Below the pieces are notes generated by a model, which did not search any database, was not told where the DNA came from, and saw nothing but the letters and a program-made list of their open reading frames with translations. A program made the position numbers and the translations under genes. Below are positions 33,646-47,500 of a DNA stretch of 64,000 nucleotides, one piece after another (the first letter of the stretch is position 1; every line of letters begins with the position of its first letter). Origin of the DNA: Torpedo marmorata (lineage: Eukaryota); contig OZ360220.1 in NCBI GenBank assembly GCA_977017645.1, positions 282,410,001 to 282,474,000 of the forward strand, in the 5' to 3' direction.

Positions 33646-36600
33646 GGAAATAAGATGGCGCCTTACAGCGGCGACTCTTTGCGTGCAGCTCTGAAGGGAA
33701 TAATCAAATATTCCTGTTCAGAACTTCTAAAAATCAAACAAAAAATAAGAAACATAAAATCAAACTTACCCGACAACATGGATGTACAAAGATCGCTGGC
33801 AGACCTTGGAATCGGCAGAAGAAGTAGTCTCCGTCGGGCCGCGGGACCTTTAAACAGCTCACGCAAGTACTACAACAACACCGCGGGAGTTTTAAACAGC
33901 GAGAGAACGGGCTATTTAAACTTCGCGGGAGTCGCAAACAGCAGGCACTCAGCACAGTTAAACATCGCGGAGGATTTAAAGGGACAGCGCAAGGACCGGT
34001 TAAACACTGCGGGAACTACCAGCAGTGGACCCACGGGCCAGGTAAAGAAGACCCGACCACGTGGATGCAGAGTGGGGCTACAGGTCAAGCTGAAACGAGG
34101 GGACCTGAAGCTTCCGCTCGCTACCATCCTCCTGGCCAACCTACAATCCTTGGAGAACAAACATGATGAACTCCAAGCCAGACTTCAACATCAGAGAGTT
34201 ATCAGGGAGTGCTGCGTGATGTGCTTTACAGAAACGTGGCTAAACGTGGACATTCCGGACACGGCGCTGCAGCCCAAGCGCTACACCCTCCATCGCGCTG
34301 ACCGAACACCGGCGTCTGGAAAAACCAGGGGAGGCGGCGTTTGTGTCATCATCAATTCATCGTAGTGCACAGACGTGACGGTCATGTCCCAGTCCTGCTC
34401 CCCTGACCTGGAACATCTGGCGATCAGGTGTCGCCCATTCTATCTGCCGAGGGAGTTCTCCGCCATCATCCTGGTCGCAGTGTACATTCCGCCCCAGGCT
34501 AACGTCAGGCTGGCACTGGAGGGACTGAGCACTGTGATAAACAGCCATGAGACAGCACATCCTGATGCCTTCCCGATCATTGTGGGAGACTTCAATCAGG
34601 TCAATCTGAAGAAGTCACTGACAAACTACCACCAACATGTCACATGCGAGACCAGGGGAACCAACACACTCGACCACTGCTACACTACCGTGAAGAACGC
34701 ATACCGAGCCATACCACGACCGCACTTCGGCAAGTCTGATCACCTGGCTGTACTTCTACTCCCGGCGTACAAGCAGAGACTGAAGACCACAGCACCAGTG
34801 GTGAGGACGGCGAAAGTATGGTCGAGGGGGGCGGAGGAGCGTCTGCAGGACTGCTTTGAATCGGTGGACTGGAACATATTCAAGCACTCAGCCATAGACC
34901 TAAATTAATATGCAACAGGTGTCACCGACTTCATCAAGACCTGCGTGGATGAGTGTGTGCCCACGTGCAAATACCGGGAGTTCCCCAACCAGAAGCCCTG
35001 GATGAATCAGAGAATTCGAAACCTGCTGAGGATGAGAACAAGGGCATTTAAGGCCAGGGACAGGGATCTTTACAAGAAGTCCAGGCACGACCTGCGGAAG
35101 GCCATCTCTGAAGCAAAGTGGCAATTGCGGAGGAAGCTAGAGACAGAGACAGATACACGCCAGCTATGGCAGGGAGTGCAGGCCATTACAGCCTACAAAG
35201 CGAGGGCGAACACTATAGACGGCTGTGATGCTTCACTACCCGATGAGCTGAACACCTTCTATGCCCGCTTTGAGAAGAAGAACAAAACAGTGCCTAATAG
35301 AATCCCTGAAAAGGCTGAGGACCCTGTGATATCTGTCTCTGAGGGCGACGTCAGAACATCATTCAAGAGGGTGAACCCTCGCAAGGCGTCAGGCCCTGAC
35401 AGCGTACCTGGCAGGGTACTGAAAATCTGCACCAACCAACTAGCCGGAGTGTTCACGGACATTTTCAACCTCTCATTGCGGCAGTCAGAGGTTCCCACCT
35501 GCTTCAAAAGGGCATCAATCATCCCGGTGCCCAAGAAAAGTAGTGTGGGCTGCCTCAACGACTACCGCCTAGTAGCACTAACTTCTACTGTGATGAAATG
35601 CTTTGAGAGGCTGGTCATGGCCACAATTAACACATACCTAAGCAAAGATCTGGACCCACTGCAATTCGCCTATCGTCACAATCGCTCCACAGCAGATGCA
35701 ATATCGCTGGCTCTCCACTCAGCTCTGGATCACCTCGAAAACAGCAATTCATACATACGGCTGCTCTTCATCGACTACAGCTCGGCCTTCAATACCATTA
35801 TTCCCTCAGTGCTGGTCAAGAAGCTACAAACTCTAGGCCTCTGTACCCCCCTTTGCAACTGGATCCTTGACTTTCTCATCGGAAGACCACAGTCAGTACT
35901 AATTGGAAACAACGTCTCCTCCTCACTGATTATCAACACAGGCGCACCCCAAGGATGCATGCTTAGTCCACTGCTCTACCCATGACTGTGTGGCCAGGCA
36001 CAATTCCAATGCCATCTACAAGTTTGCCGATGACACCACAGTTGTCGGCAGAATCACAAACGGCAATGAAGAAGCGTACAGGAGGTAGATTAGCAGCTCG
36101 TTGAATGGTGTAATGGCAACAACCTTGAGCTCAACGTCAGCAAAACCAAGGAGATGATTGTGGACTTCAGGAGGAAGTCAGGGGAACACGACCCAGTCAT
36201 CATCGAGGGCTCAGTAGTGGAGAGGGTCAAGAACTTCAAATTCCTGGGTGTCAACATCTCCGAGGATCTGTCCTGGAGCATCCACGTTGATGCAATCACA
36301 AAGATGGCTCGTCAGCGGCTATACTTTGTGAGGTGTCTGCGGAGATTCGGTATGTCACCAAAGACTCTCGTAAACTTCTACAGGTGTACTGTGGAGAGCA
36401 TTCTGGCTGGTTGCATCACTGCCTGGTATGGAGGCGCCAACTCCCAGGTCAAGAGTAAACTCCAGAGGGTTGTTAACTCGGCCTGTGACATCACAGGCAC
36501 CAAACTTCACTCCATCGAGGACATCTACATGAGGCGGTGTCTTAAAAAAGCAACCTCTATCCTCAAAGACCCCCACCACCCAGGCCATGCCCTCTTCACT

Positions 36601-36852
36601 CTGCTTCCATTGGGAAAAAGGTACAGGAGCCTAAAGACGAGCACTCAACGGCACAAGGACAGCTTTTTCCCCGCTGCCATCAGATTACTGAATAATCAAT
36701 GAACCAAAGACACTGCCTTACTTTTCGTGCACTATTGTTTATAATTTTTTATAGTAATGTCGTAAGATTAATATGAATGTTAATTGCACTATGATGCTGC
36801 CGCAAAACACCGAATTTCATGACTTGTTCATGACAATAAATTCTGATTCTGT
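33646..36852 (+). mobile_element. Near full-length Rex1/Babar-type LINE, single APE-RT frame with stops and a frameshift
   Basis: Starts AAGATGGCG. Collinear ORFs 33601-34365, 34375-34908, 34945-35985 and 36154-36702 (FTETWL, GDFN, SDH, RT motifs). Ends with an ATTCTG tail. Confidence 0.9.
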
Positions 36853-37382
36853 GAATTAGAATCATATAAATAGGAGGAGATGAATGAAATCTTAAATGTC
36901 ACTGGAACCAATGTAAAAGGCAAGAACTGCAGAGATACTAGATGAATGGGAAGATATACATTGGGATATACAGTATGTGGAAGAGCTCGAGTTATGGAGA
37001 GTGGAAAGTGAAGCCAGTGGATATGATCCTGGATGATTTAATTGGTGTTCAATCCGCATGCAGATCCCTAATCTGCATATTAAGTTTTGGTGATGGAGAT
37101 ATTCAAACCACATAACTGACAGGAGATCTTGAGTTATGAGCAAAGGACTTGATAGATAAGGCAAAGTGATGACAAAGAAAATGAGAAACACAAGAAAAAA
37201 TGATAACAGCTCACCCTGAAGAGATAGAGGGTAGGTAGGAAGTAAAGTTATTGGTTGAAGCAGGCAACTGAGGGTATTGGATAGAGCTGAAAGTAAGAGA
37301 ATATAGAAAGTAACTTGAAGCTGTCTGCATCATTCATTGCTGTTCAATTTCTCTTTGTAAGCTTCATTGGAAAATGCTGATA

Positions 37383-37595
37383 TAGTAAAACCCCTGTTAT
37401 CCGGAATTAAAGCAACTCAAGCAATTGGCAAAAAAAATCGCGGAAAATAAATAGGTAAAAAATACAGAAATTTAAAATTGACACATCTCGCTGTTAGTTC
37501 GCCAATCACACAACATGCAATCTCAAGCAACCGGAAAATTCACTTATCTAGCATCTACCAATCCCCATAGGTGCCGGATACCAGGGGTTTTACTG
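37383..37595. mobile_element. Tigger/pogo-like MITE
   Basis: TIRs AGTAAAACCCCTGTTATCCGG / CCGGATACCAGGGGTTTTACTG, flanked by TA on both sides. Confidence 0.8.
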
Positions 37596-37934
37596 TACTT
37601 CTGTGCATGTAAATATTGTTTCATTATTGGGCCAAATCATGCTGGCTGATGCAACATTTGTATCTCTGCAAGTCCCCACCACAAATGCAGTGGAAGTCTG
37701 AAACATCTGGAAGGTCAGATTCCAATTCATCCAAATGTCAGCTCTATTTGCTAGAGCAATGCTGAAGAGAAGATCGAGATGCACTTTGCATCCAGCCCTC
37801 CGTTAAATACAACGGGGTGCTGATGTATTTAAACCTAACGAAATGTAAGTAAATGACTTTATTGGCTTTACTTTTAGTTATTCATTAGTGCTTTAATTTA
37901 CTTTAATTACATTACATTTTTTAATCTTTTAAAA

Positions 37935-38187
37935 GCGGCACGGTTGGCGTAGTGGTTAGTGCAACACCTTTACAGTGCCAGCGATCGGGGCCGGGATCGA
38001 ATCCCACGCTGTCTGTAAGGAGTTGGTATGTTCTCCCCGTGTCTGCAAGGGTTTTCCCCGGGGGCTCCGGTTTCCTCCCACCATTCAAAATGTACCGGGG
38101 GTGTAGATTAATTGGGTAAATTGGGTGGCACGTACTCGTGAGCCGAAATGGCCTGTTACCATGCTGTATGTCTAAATTTAAAAATTA
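37935..38187 (+). mobile_element. tRNA-derived V-SINE-like copy
   Basis: Same family as 28100-28378. Confidence 0.8.
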
Positions 38188-38783
38188 AACAACAATAAAT
38201 TATTTATTTATTTTTTACATTATCTAAATTAATTTAAAGACTAAAGAAAAGCCTTTTACAGACTTTGAACGAGCTGTCAAGGCCATCAGGGTATGTGTGG
38301 GTGACTTCAGTGCATGATCTTGAAGCCAGTGTATTTCGCTGCCAGATGCTTGCTAGGTGCGGATGGTTGGCTTGTTCAGCTCCCCACATCTGGAAACGTA
38401 ACAGTGGGTGGCTGGGTCTCCGGGAGCTGAGTCCAGGCAGTAGATTTGGTTTGTGTTTCTGCCTCATTCAGGTACCTTACTCAGCATATTATGTCCCACT
38501 GTGCACTTTAAGGGTATGTGTACTATCGACAGTGTGAGAGGCCTTTAATCTACCAGAAATGAGTTCAGGTCGTCTGCCATCGACCATGGGCCCCCATCAG
38601 ACTGGCAGTGTTATGGACCCCACATCACAGCCGGCATGTTAGAGTGCTCTTGTGTTTTTTATTATTTTCTCCACAATTTGAATATTTTTTGAATATAACA
38701 TTAGTAACAAGATAAATTAGAAATAAACAAAGGTGTACAAAGTAAAAATTTGAATTTTGAGTTTGATTGACACCCATAATCTT

Positions 38784-41005
38784 TTTAAAAAAAATTATTT
38801 TATTTAAAATTTTAAATCACAAAATACATAGAATAAAATATAAAAATATAAAATTATCAAAAATACTTGTGATACATTTTCACCCCCCCACCCTCCCCTC
38901 CCCAACCCTCCCAACCCCACTAATCTAATAAAATAATTAAAAAAAAGAAAGAAATAGAAAAGAAAAAGATAAGGTAAGGAGAATGTCAATCTAATAAATA
39001 CATCTACAAACGAATTCTATTATGGAGGTTAGGTAGCCAATAGATCCAATGTCCAGAGATCTTCAAATCCTTAAACCCACAGCTTTCATATAAGGGCTCC
39101 ATATTTTTAAAAAGAAATGATATTTATTCCATAAGTTATAAGTAATTTTTTCAAGTGGTATACATGAACGAAGTTCTACATGCCATCTTTCTAACCCTAA
39201 ATCAACATCAGATTTCCAAGTAATAGCAATGCATTTCTTTGAAACAGCTAAAGCAATTCGCAAAAATTCTATTTGATACATATTTAATTTCATCTTAATA
39301 CTAAATTTTTTAATATCGCCAAACAAAAATATCATAGGATCCATTGGGAATATAATCTTAAATACTTTATCTAAAAATTTTTTAACTTTGAACCAAAAAT
39401 CGTAGACTTTTGGACAAAACCATGTAGAATGTACAAAAGAACCTTCCTCTTTATTACATCTAAAACATAAACCTGATAATGTCGGGTTAAATTTCTTTAA
39501 TTTTTTAGGTGTTAAATATAATTGATGAAAAAAATTGTATTGTACTAATCTATATCTAACATTAATAATCTTCGTCATACTTAATTTACATAATTCTTTC
39601 CAATGATTTTCATCTATTGTTACGTTCAAATCTAATTCCCATTTTAATCTTGATTTATGAATTCCTACTTTAGGAATTTTCCTCTGAAACAATTTATACA
39701 TTTGAGAAATAAATTTGTTTACATCTCCTTTATTAACTAATAATTCTAATTCATTTTGTCTTGGTAAAATCAAAGCATAACCTAATTTCTCAATCAGAAA
39801 AGCTCTAATTTGATAATAAGCAAAAAGTGTTTATCTAATATATTAAATTTATCTTTCATTCTTTGAAAAGTAATAAATTTCCCAGCTTCAAAACAATCAT
39901 TAATCTTCTTAATTCCTTTTTGAAACCAAATTTTAAATAATTGATTATTAATAGTAAATGGAATAAGTCCACTTTGATATAAACGCATCTTTGAAATAGT
40001 CAATCCTTTTCCTCCTATTTCCTTATCCGTCTTATTCCATATTTCTAACAAATGTTTAAAAATAGGTGAATTTTTCTTTCTTGTTGATATTAATTTAGAA
40101 TCCCATTTATAAATAATTTCTTCTTTGGAATCTTCTCCTATATTATTTAATTCTATTTTAATCCAAGCAGAAGATTTAGTTGAATCAAAAAATTCATTAA
40201 CAAATTTTAATTGAGCTGCTTTGTAATAATTTTGGAAATTAGGAAGTTGTAAACCACCCATTTCATAATTCCAAGTTAATTTTTCCATACCTACTCTTGC
40301 TGACTTTCCTTTCCATAAAAACTTTCTAATAATTGAATTTAAATCTTTGAAAAAATTTTGAGGAATTTCATAAGGAATTGATTGAAAAAGATATTGAATT
40401 CTTGGAAAAACATTCATTTTAATACAATTTACTCTTCCCATTAAAGTTATAGGTAAATCTTTCCAATTTTCTAAATCCTTTTTTATTTTCACAAATAATG
40501 GTAAATAATTTAATTTATATAAATTAGCCAATTTTGTGTCAATCCTTATTCCCAAATATTTAATTCCTTCCTTTGCCCATTTAAATTGTGTAATTTCTTT
40601 ACATTTACTATAATCCCCTTGTGATAATGCCATAATTTCACTTTTATCAGAATTAATTTTATATCCAGATATTTCCCCATATTCTCTCAATAACGCAGAC
40701 AGTTGTACTAAAGATGTAGTAGATTTTGTCATATATATCAATACATCATCTGCAAATAAACTAATTTTATGTTCTTCCGTTCCAACTTTAATACCAACTA
40801 TTTTAGGATCTTTTCTAACTAATTCTGCCAAAGGTTCTATCGCCAAAATAAATAACGCTGGTGACAAATGGACATCCTTGTCTAGTAGATCGAGTCAAAG
40901 GAAATCTTGAAGAAATCTGTCCATTTGTAACCACTTTAGCAGATGGTTCTTTATATATAGTTTTAATCCAATTAATAAACGTAATTCCAAAACCAAATAA
41001 CCTTA
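38784..41005 (-). mobile_element. L1-clade LINE 3' fragment with RT C-terminal half
   Basis: ORF 39794-40867 (LFADD, KYLG) and ORF 39063-39773. TSD ATAATCTT at 38776-38783 and 41006-41013. Confidence 0.9.
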
Positions 41006-41654
41006 ATAATCTTGTGCAAAGGTTGAATTGGCGTCAATTGCCTCATTCAACATGCCATTTGCAAAATCTTCATGTGCATCATGGTACCTTACTAGGAAAT
41101 GTAAAATAAAACGAGAGGAACACTCAATATGTTATATTTTTTATACATGAATAAACCCTAATCAAAAATATTACATATAACAATTAAAATGTTTTGATCT
41201 TGCAACAGATCAGTTTTTGAACTTTAGGGCTCAATATTAAATTTATTTACTTGGCTTAATATTTGCTTAATATTCTTTAATGTTCTTACTGAATAATACA
41301 TCCATCTTTGTCCAGAAAATCCAGCATCCACGCCTGTTTGATTCTGTCAGACATGGGTGCCTGCTTTGCAGCATTGTAGCATTGTCGCAGACTGTCTGGA
41401 ACATTCAATATGTTAATAGTTAAATATGGCATCAAACAAATAAACCATTCTCTGTTTTGGATGATACTAACGTACTTACATGTATAAATGCATGCATGAA
41501 GACACTAGGCCTTTTGTGCTCCTCGGTTTGCCTGCTAAATGCCCTTTCTCTAATTGAAGAATATATTCACCGTTCAAAACGTACCGGGGGGTAGGTTAAT
41601 GGGGTGTAAATTTGGCGGCACGGACTCGTGGGCCGAAATTGCCTGTTACCGTAT

Positions 41655-42842
41655 TGTGACGGAATTGTTATTATTAATCTTTAGTTATAAAATATATTAT
41701 CTTAGTAGTTATTTTGTGGGTTGGATTCAGGGGTACACTGACACTTACACACAGAAACCATTTTGAGAGAAGGAGAGTCTGCTAATTCATTGTTCTGCTG
41801 AAAGCCTGTTTGTTCAAAGAGACTGTTTGATTGCTAATTCAGAGAAGTAAGCAATTGTCCATTGAAATGTTGAAGACAATGAATGTTTACTCAGTGAAAC
41901 ACCTGAGTACACAAGAAGACAATTGCTGGTTAGCTGGGCAGACAGCCCGGAAGCATTTGCTCGTAATTGCTTTTGGAAGAGAGGAACTTCAAACAAAAAC
42001 AGATATGAGGTGTGGAGGGTTATTGGCCGGGTGCGGGTCAGTGGGACTAGGTAGGAGAAGGTGTTCGGCATGGACTAGAAGGGCCGAACTGGCCTGTTTC
42101 TGTGCTGTAATTGTTATATGGTTATATGTCATGTCACGTGATTAAAGACATTTGAAAAACTGCATTTTAATATTGCACCAAGATTCATCTGAAGTCAGAA
42201 ATGCCGTAACATTCTGTGAGTAACACAGGCTTACAGTGGCTCCAGAAGGGATGACCACTTTGCTGCTTCTCTTTGTCAAAAGAGAGAGCAGTGCTGCGGT
42301 GGCCATTTTAAATGGTCACTTGTGACTGACCCAATTCTGGGTAAAAGAAATCAAGATCATTCTTGTTTCTGGATCATAACCATTTTGATGGTTACTTCGT
42401 TTAACCCTTGCCTGGGTTTGTGAAATCATCGTGGAAGAAAACACAAGTTCTGAAACCTTCAGGCAAGAGAAGGAGATCATTCATATGAAGAAACAATTCT
42501 CTGAAAACAACTCTACAAGAATTTCGTGAGTTTTGAGAAGTCTGATGCCTCACACCTACTCCATAATTGCTTTTGAACAGCAGTAAAGACTTTGAGTTTC
42601 AACACAAAAGCTTTCTGAGACTGAACTTTAAAATCTTCTCTTCAGAATTATACCTAAACTGTAATAGTTTGGGTTTTGCCACACACACACATATATACAT
42701 TTGCGCATAGTGGGGTTAAGTTAGAGTTAAGTTTAGAGTTAAGTAAGAAGTGTTATGTTATTAATAGTTATTAATAAAATTATTGTTTTGAAGATACCAT
42801 TGTCTTGGTGAATTTCTATTGCTGCTGGTCTAGGTCGTAACA
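41655..42842 (+). mobile_element. Solo LTR (1188 bp) inserted in a SINE fragment; contains a small CR1 3' end (~42007-42128)
   Basis: TGTGACG…CGTAACA termini, 4-bp TSD GTAT (41651-41654, 42843-42846), AATAAA near 42773. Strand inferred from the polyA signal. Confidence 0.75.
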
Positions 42843-43483
42843 GTATGTATGTCTCTTGTTCTGGAACGTTCACTGGATGAACGATCTTTTTCTGTTGCTA
42901 CGTGATCAACAATCTTCAATATTTTAAACACCTTAATTACATTACCTTCAATCTTTAAAACTAAAAAGAATACAGCTACATTTATGCAACTTGTTTTTAT
43001 AACGTAATCCTTTCAAGACTCAGATGCTATAAAAACTGAGCTGTACGTCCTCCAAAATGAATGCACCTTTCACAAGAAGCTGCACACATAAGTAAATGCA
43101 ATAATCCATACATTGTCCAGGCAGTGCCTGACCAAGTAAACATGCTTGTGATGCACCACTTCCTTACTTTAGCAACGATCCAGATAGATTTTATTGGGAG
43201 GGCTAAGCCTGATATTCAAAAGAATTTGAAGCTAGAAATCCTAAAAGACCTTTGTAACTGATGGCAGTGGTGTCCCCCATAAGCAGAACACCATTCTCCA
43301 ATAATGGTAAACATATTGTTGCATTTTCTACAGATGAAAATAAGTTGTGTGATCAATGAAGCCCAACATCAGGTTTGCATTTCTTTCTGTAATGTGCTGA
43401 CAAGGGTGTTAATCACTAAATACAGATGTGTTATGAGGAGCTGAGAGGAAGGGCACTCAGTACTTTTCCACAAAAAAAGAAGA

Positions 43484-43732
43484 GGCGGCACGGTTGGCGT
43501 AGCGGTTACCGCAACACCTTTACAACGCCAGCAATCGGGACCAGGGTTCATATCTGTAAAGGAGTTTGTATGTTCTCCCCGTGTCTGCGTGCATTTTTCC
43601 CGGGGGCTCCGGTTTCCTCCCACCGTTCAAAAGTTACTGAGGGTGTAGGTTAATTGGGTGTAAATTGGGTGGCACGGACTTGTGGGCCGAAATGGCCTGT
43701 TACCGTGCTGTATGTCTAAATTAAAAAATTTA
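43484..43732 (+). mobile_element. tRNA-derived V-SINE-like copy
   Basis: Same family as 28100-28378. Confidence 0.8.
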
Positions 43733-44821
43733 AGATATACACTCAAACATATCTGCTTGCCACTCAACAAAGGCATATTATAGAATGGGGGAGTTAGAGA
43801 AAACAGAAAAAAATATCTTAGCCAAAATATTTTTAGCCAGTTATTGTGTTTTTTGGTGCTCAAATTTATTAAAACAATCCCACCTTATTTAATAAAACAA
43901 CCATTTTATAGATTGCAGAATTTTGGTGTCTTCATACTGTAACCTAACACCAAAGGGCAAATCCACACTTCAGAACCATCCAGGCTGAGAAGAGAAGCAA
44001 CGCAAGACACCTCTTGGAAGTCAATTCAATGAAGTGTTAATCCTGACTTAAAGAATGATCAGTTGTATCCCTGAGTACTTTATAAATTTTGGAGCCAATT
44101 TTCCCAATGTTTGCTCCTGGCAAATAACCATTGAAAATACAGAGAATATGGGGAGAGCAGTAATGGTGGGTCAAAATTCCTTTTCATTTACCTAACACTT
44201 CCAGGGATTCTACCAATGAGAAGAGCAAGATTGCACTTTGAATGGGATCAGGCCTGGAGATGCCATGGAAATTCTGAACTCTCATAGGCCAGTTCCTGTG
44301 TTTATGGCTTAGAACCATTCGGAGGCACTCGTGAATGCAGCATCTTCTATTCATTTGAATAAAAAGAATCTGGCAGTAAGGTATGAAGGAAATGATCATT
44401 ACCATGAATAAATTGTTTTCAGATCTGGAGATCTGACTGCTATTCTCCAAAGCCTTGAAGTTGGTGGCCATTCACAAGTTGTAATACTACCAGGCTTCAG
44501 TTTCCTTGTGTTTTGGTTTGTAGGTGAAGATTGCACCCAAGCCATGCTCTGTATCCAGTGGCAATGTAATTTGTACAGATCCACTACATTTCAAACAGCA
44601 GCCCCTCAGTAGCAGTGAGGCAGAGGAAATGGGTTTCTGCTTTTCAACAATTTACAAACATCTAACTAGATGAGAGCTGCATGTTTTAGGCTGAATTGCA
44701 AGCAGTAAAATATATCCCCGAACTGGCTGCAAAGAGTAATCTAACTAAAGCTGCATCCTTTTCCTTTATAGAAAGAATAATATTTTTATTAAATGGAAAC
44801 ATTTTGCTGCTAAAGCAATAT

Positions 44822-45400
44822 TTTATTTTCAAATTTCATCGAGATACAGCACGGTAACTGGCCCCTCTGGCCCACGAGCCTGTGCCGCCTAATTATACCC
44901 ATGTGTCCAATTAACCTAGAACATTACAGCTCAATACAGGCCCTTTCAGCCCATAATGTGGTGCCGATCTATGTAAACCTACTCCACAACAGTTGAATTT
45001 TTCCTTTCTTCACACCCACAACCCTCTATTTTTCTTACATCCATGTGCCTATCTAAGAGTCTTTTGCATGTCCCAATCACGCCAGCCTCCACCTCTACGC
45101 CCAGCAATTCATTCCAGGACTTACCACTCTCTGTGTAAAAAAAACAAACTTACCTTTGACATCTCCCCTTTATTTTCCTCCACTTACCTTAAATAGATGC
45201 CTCTGGTACTTGTTATTGTCGCCCCAAGAAAAAGGTGCCTGTTAAACCTGTACGTCTTTGGTTCAAAGGAACAACCGGAGTAACTGAAGGAAACCCACCT
45301 GGTCACAGGGACAAATTACAAACTCTTCACAGACAGCGCCAGATTTGAACCCGTGTTGCTGGCGCTGTGATAGCATTGTGCTGACCGCTACACTCCCGTG
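44822..45400 (-). mobile_element. Diverged SINE with an embedded CR1 3'-end fragment
   Basis: SINE tail at 44822-44915 and head at 45245-45400 flank a CR1-like 3' segment. Boundaries approximate. Confidence 0.55.
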
Positions 45401-45654
45401 TTTTTTCTTAATAAACTGAAATTAATCATTCTATGAGGATGTTGATCCAAACTCCAAAAATCCAATCTGCTTAAATATATTACAATTAATAAGTGAGTGT
45501 TTTATATCACACAGAATATGTAACTACAGTCAGTTAGCAGGCATTTGTCAAATCCATTGTGAGTGAAATTTGATTGGGCACCAGCGTCCTCCAAGAGAAA
45601 AGTGGGATAGTTGATGCATGTCTACTCTTAACACTTGAGTATACGCTACATTAC

Positions 45655-45880
45655 CATGAGCCGATAAGACGTAGGAACAATTAGGCCATTCAGCCCATCG
45701 AGTCTTCTCACTATTCAAATCATGGCTGATGTATTTTTCCTCTCAACCCCATTTTCCTGGCTTCTCGCCATAACCTTTGAAACCCTTACTAATCAAGAAC
45801 CTATCAACCTCTGCTTTAAATATACCTAATGACCTGGCCTCCGCAGCCGTCTGTAACAACAAATTCATCAGTTTAACCAC
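45655..45880 (-). mobile_element. CR1 3' end fragment
   Basis: ORF 45743-45982 ends EARSLGIFKAEVDRFL..KGYG, a CR1 ORF2 C-terminus. Confidence 0.7.
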
Positions 45881-46506
45881 CAACTTCTTTTTGATCGATA
45901 ATGTATGATTTTGATCAATGGGGTCAGTTTCCAAGAAATACTGACAAAGTGGTTGATATAGATATAGTTCCGTACATGACAATATTTATTTGGATATAAT
46001 TGTGGAATAGAGTAGCACAATGTATCAGCCAATTTCATTTATAATCTTTATCATATTCTTAGGTGTTGCCCCATTTTTGTACATACATGCAGACAGTCAC
46101 AGAGTAAGCATGTTTTTTTGACTAAATCCACAACAAGTCTTTGAAAGGAGATACCGAGAACCCAATCAGAGGAGTTGGATCAGCACCCTCTCACAAAATG
46201 AAACCTGTTAAAAATTAGCATTAATGCCATTTACTTTATTTTTTTGTCTCTTCATTTAATTCCTTGGAGTATCTTTTTTCTAAAAAAGGGGTAGCATTCA
46301 CTAATGGTCCCATTAGTTTGCTTTACTGTACCTCATCATACATTGGAGATTTAAATGTTGTGGAGGAAGTATTCAGCAAGTCAAGCAGCATCTATGAACA
46401 TTTTCTTTCACAGTTGCTGCCAGTCCTGCTGAGTACATCAAGCATTCTCTGTTTTTATTTTGGATATCCAGCATTGCAATGTTTTGCTTTTGGTCTGATG
46501 GAGATA

Positions 46507-46772
46507 AATTAAATTTTATTTTAAATTTAGACATACAACACGGTAACAGGCCATTTCGGCCCTTGAGCCCGTGCCGCCCAATTACACCAAATTGACCTAC
46601 AACCCCCGGCACATTTCGAATGGTGGGAGGAAACCGGAGCACCTGGGGAAAACCCACGCAGACACGGGGAGAACGTACAAACTCCTTACAGACAGCACGG
46701 GATTCGAACCCTGGCCCCGATCGCTGGCGCTGTAAAGGCGTTGCGCTAACCGCTACGCCAACCGTGCTGCCC
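46507..46772 (-). mobile_element. tRNA-derived V-SINE-like copy
   Basis: Reverse complement of the 28100 family, well conserved. Confidence 0.85.
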
Positions 46773-47164
46773 TAAGATGACTTGTATTTCAGAAATGACA
46801 GCAAATTGAAATATCCTTAGCAGACTATGTTAACTCTCAGTCTTAATATAAAGCAGAATACTATAATGCTAGAAATCTGACACAAGAACAATAAATGCTG
46901 GAAATATTCAGCAGGTCAGGCGGCATCTGTGGCAGAACTGAAAAGACAATGTTTCAGTTTGGATGCTGACTTCTTATGCAGGGTCCGCATCCGATAATGG
47001 CTTCTCTCTTTTTATCCTGTGGCACATTTCATACTTGTTCAAGCTTGATTTGTCTAAAGGTAATATCAAAACCTTTAAAATACTTGGAATTCTCCTAAAA
47101 AACTATATTACTTTTCCTGTGGCCCTGCATTGATATTGAGATGGGCCATTCCCTGCTCCCTTTT

Positions 47165-47500
47165 CAAGATTCAAGATTCAAGATTCAAGATTCAATTTAT
47201 TGTCATAGTAATAAGACAGTGTCATATTCCAAGGCAGACAGATTCGCCACCGGCAGAAATTGCCTAAGCGCCTCTAACATTCCTTACAGTCAGAGAAAGA
47301 GAAGCAAAAGAGAGTTCTCCCAGAGTCACCAAGTGTCCATAGATTCGCCTCCAGCACTTCCGCAGCCAACGCAGCCACACAGAGTCCGGTCCAAACCATC
47401 GGCATCCCGAGCTCCAGATCCGAACCTCCAACACGGTCAGGTCGCCCTCTGCACCCCATCGCATCCTGGTTCCGATACCTGGTACTCCTCCAGCCAATTT
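47165..47500 (-). mobile_element. Non-autonomous retroposon 3' fragment with (TCTTGAA)n tail
   Basis: (CAAGATT)4 repeat, with a body similar to 29961-30188 and 31320-31470. Confidence 0.6.

Noticed and set aside
33838-34028. Repeat-spacer look resembling a CRISPR array
   Set aside because: The repeats are degenerate, lie in a LINE reading frame in a vertebrate genome, and no cas genes are present.
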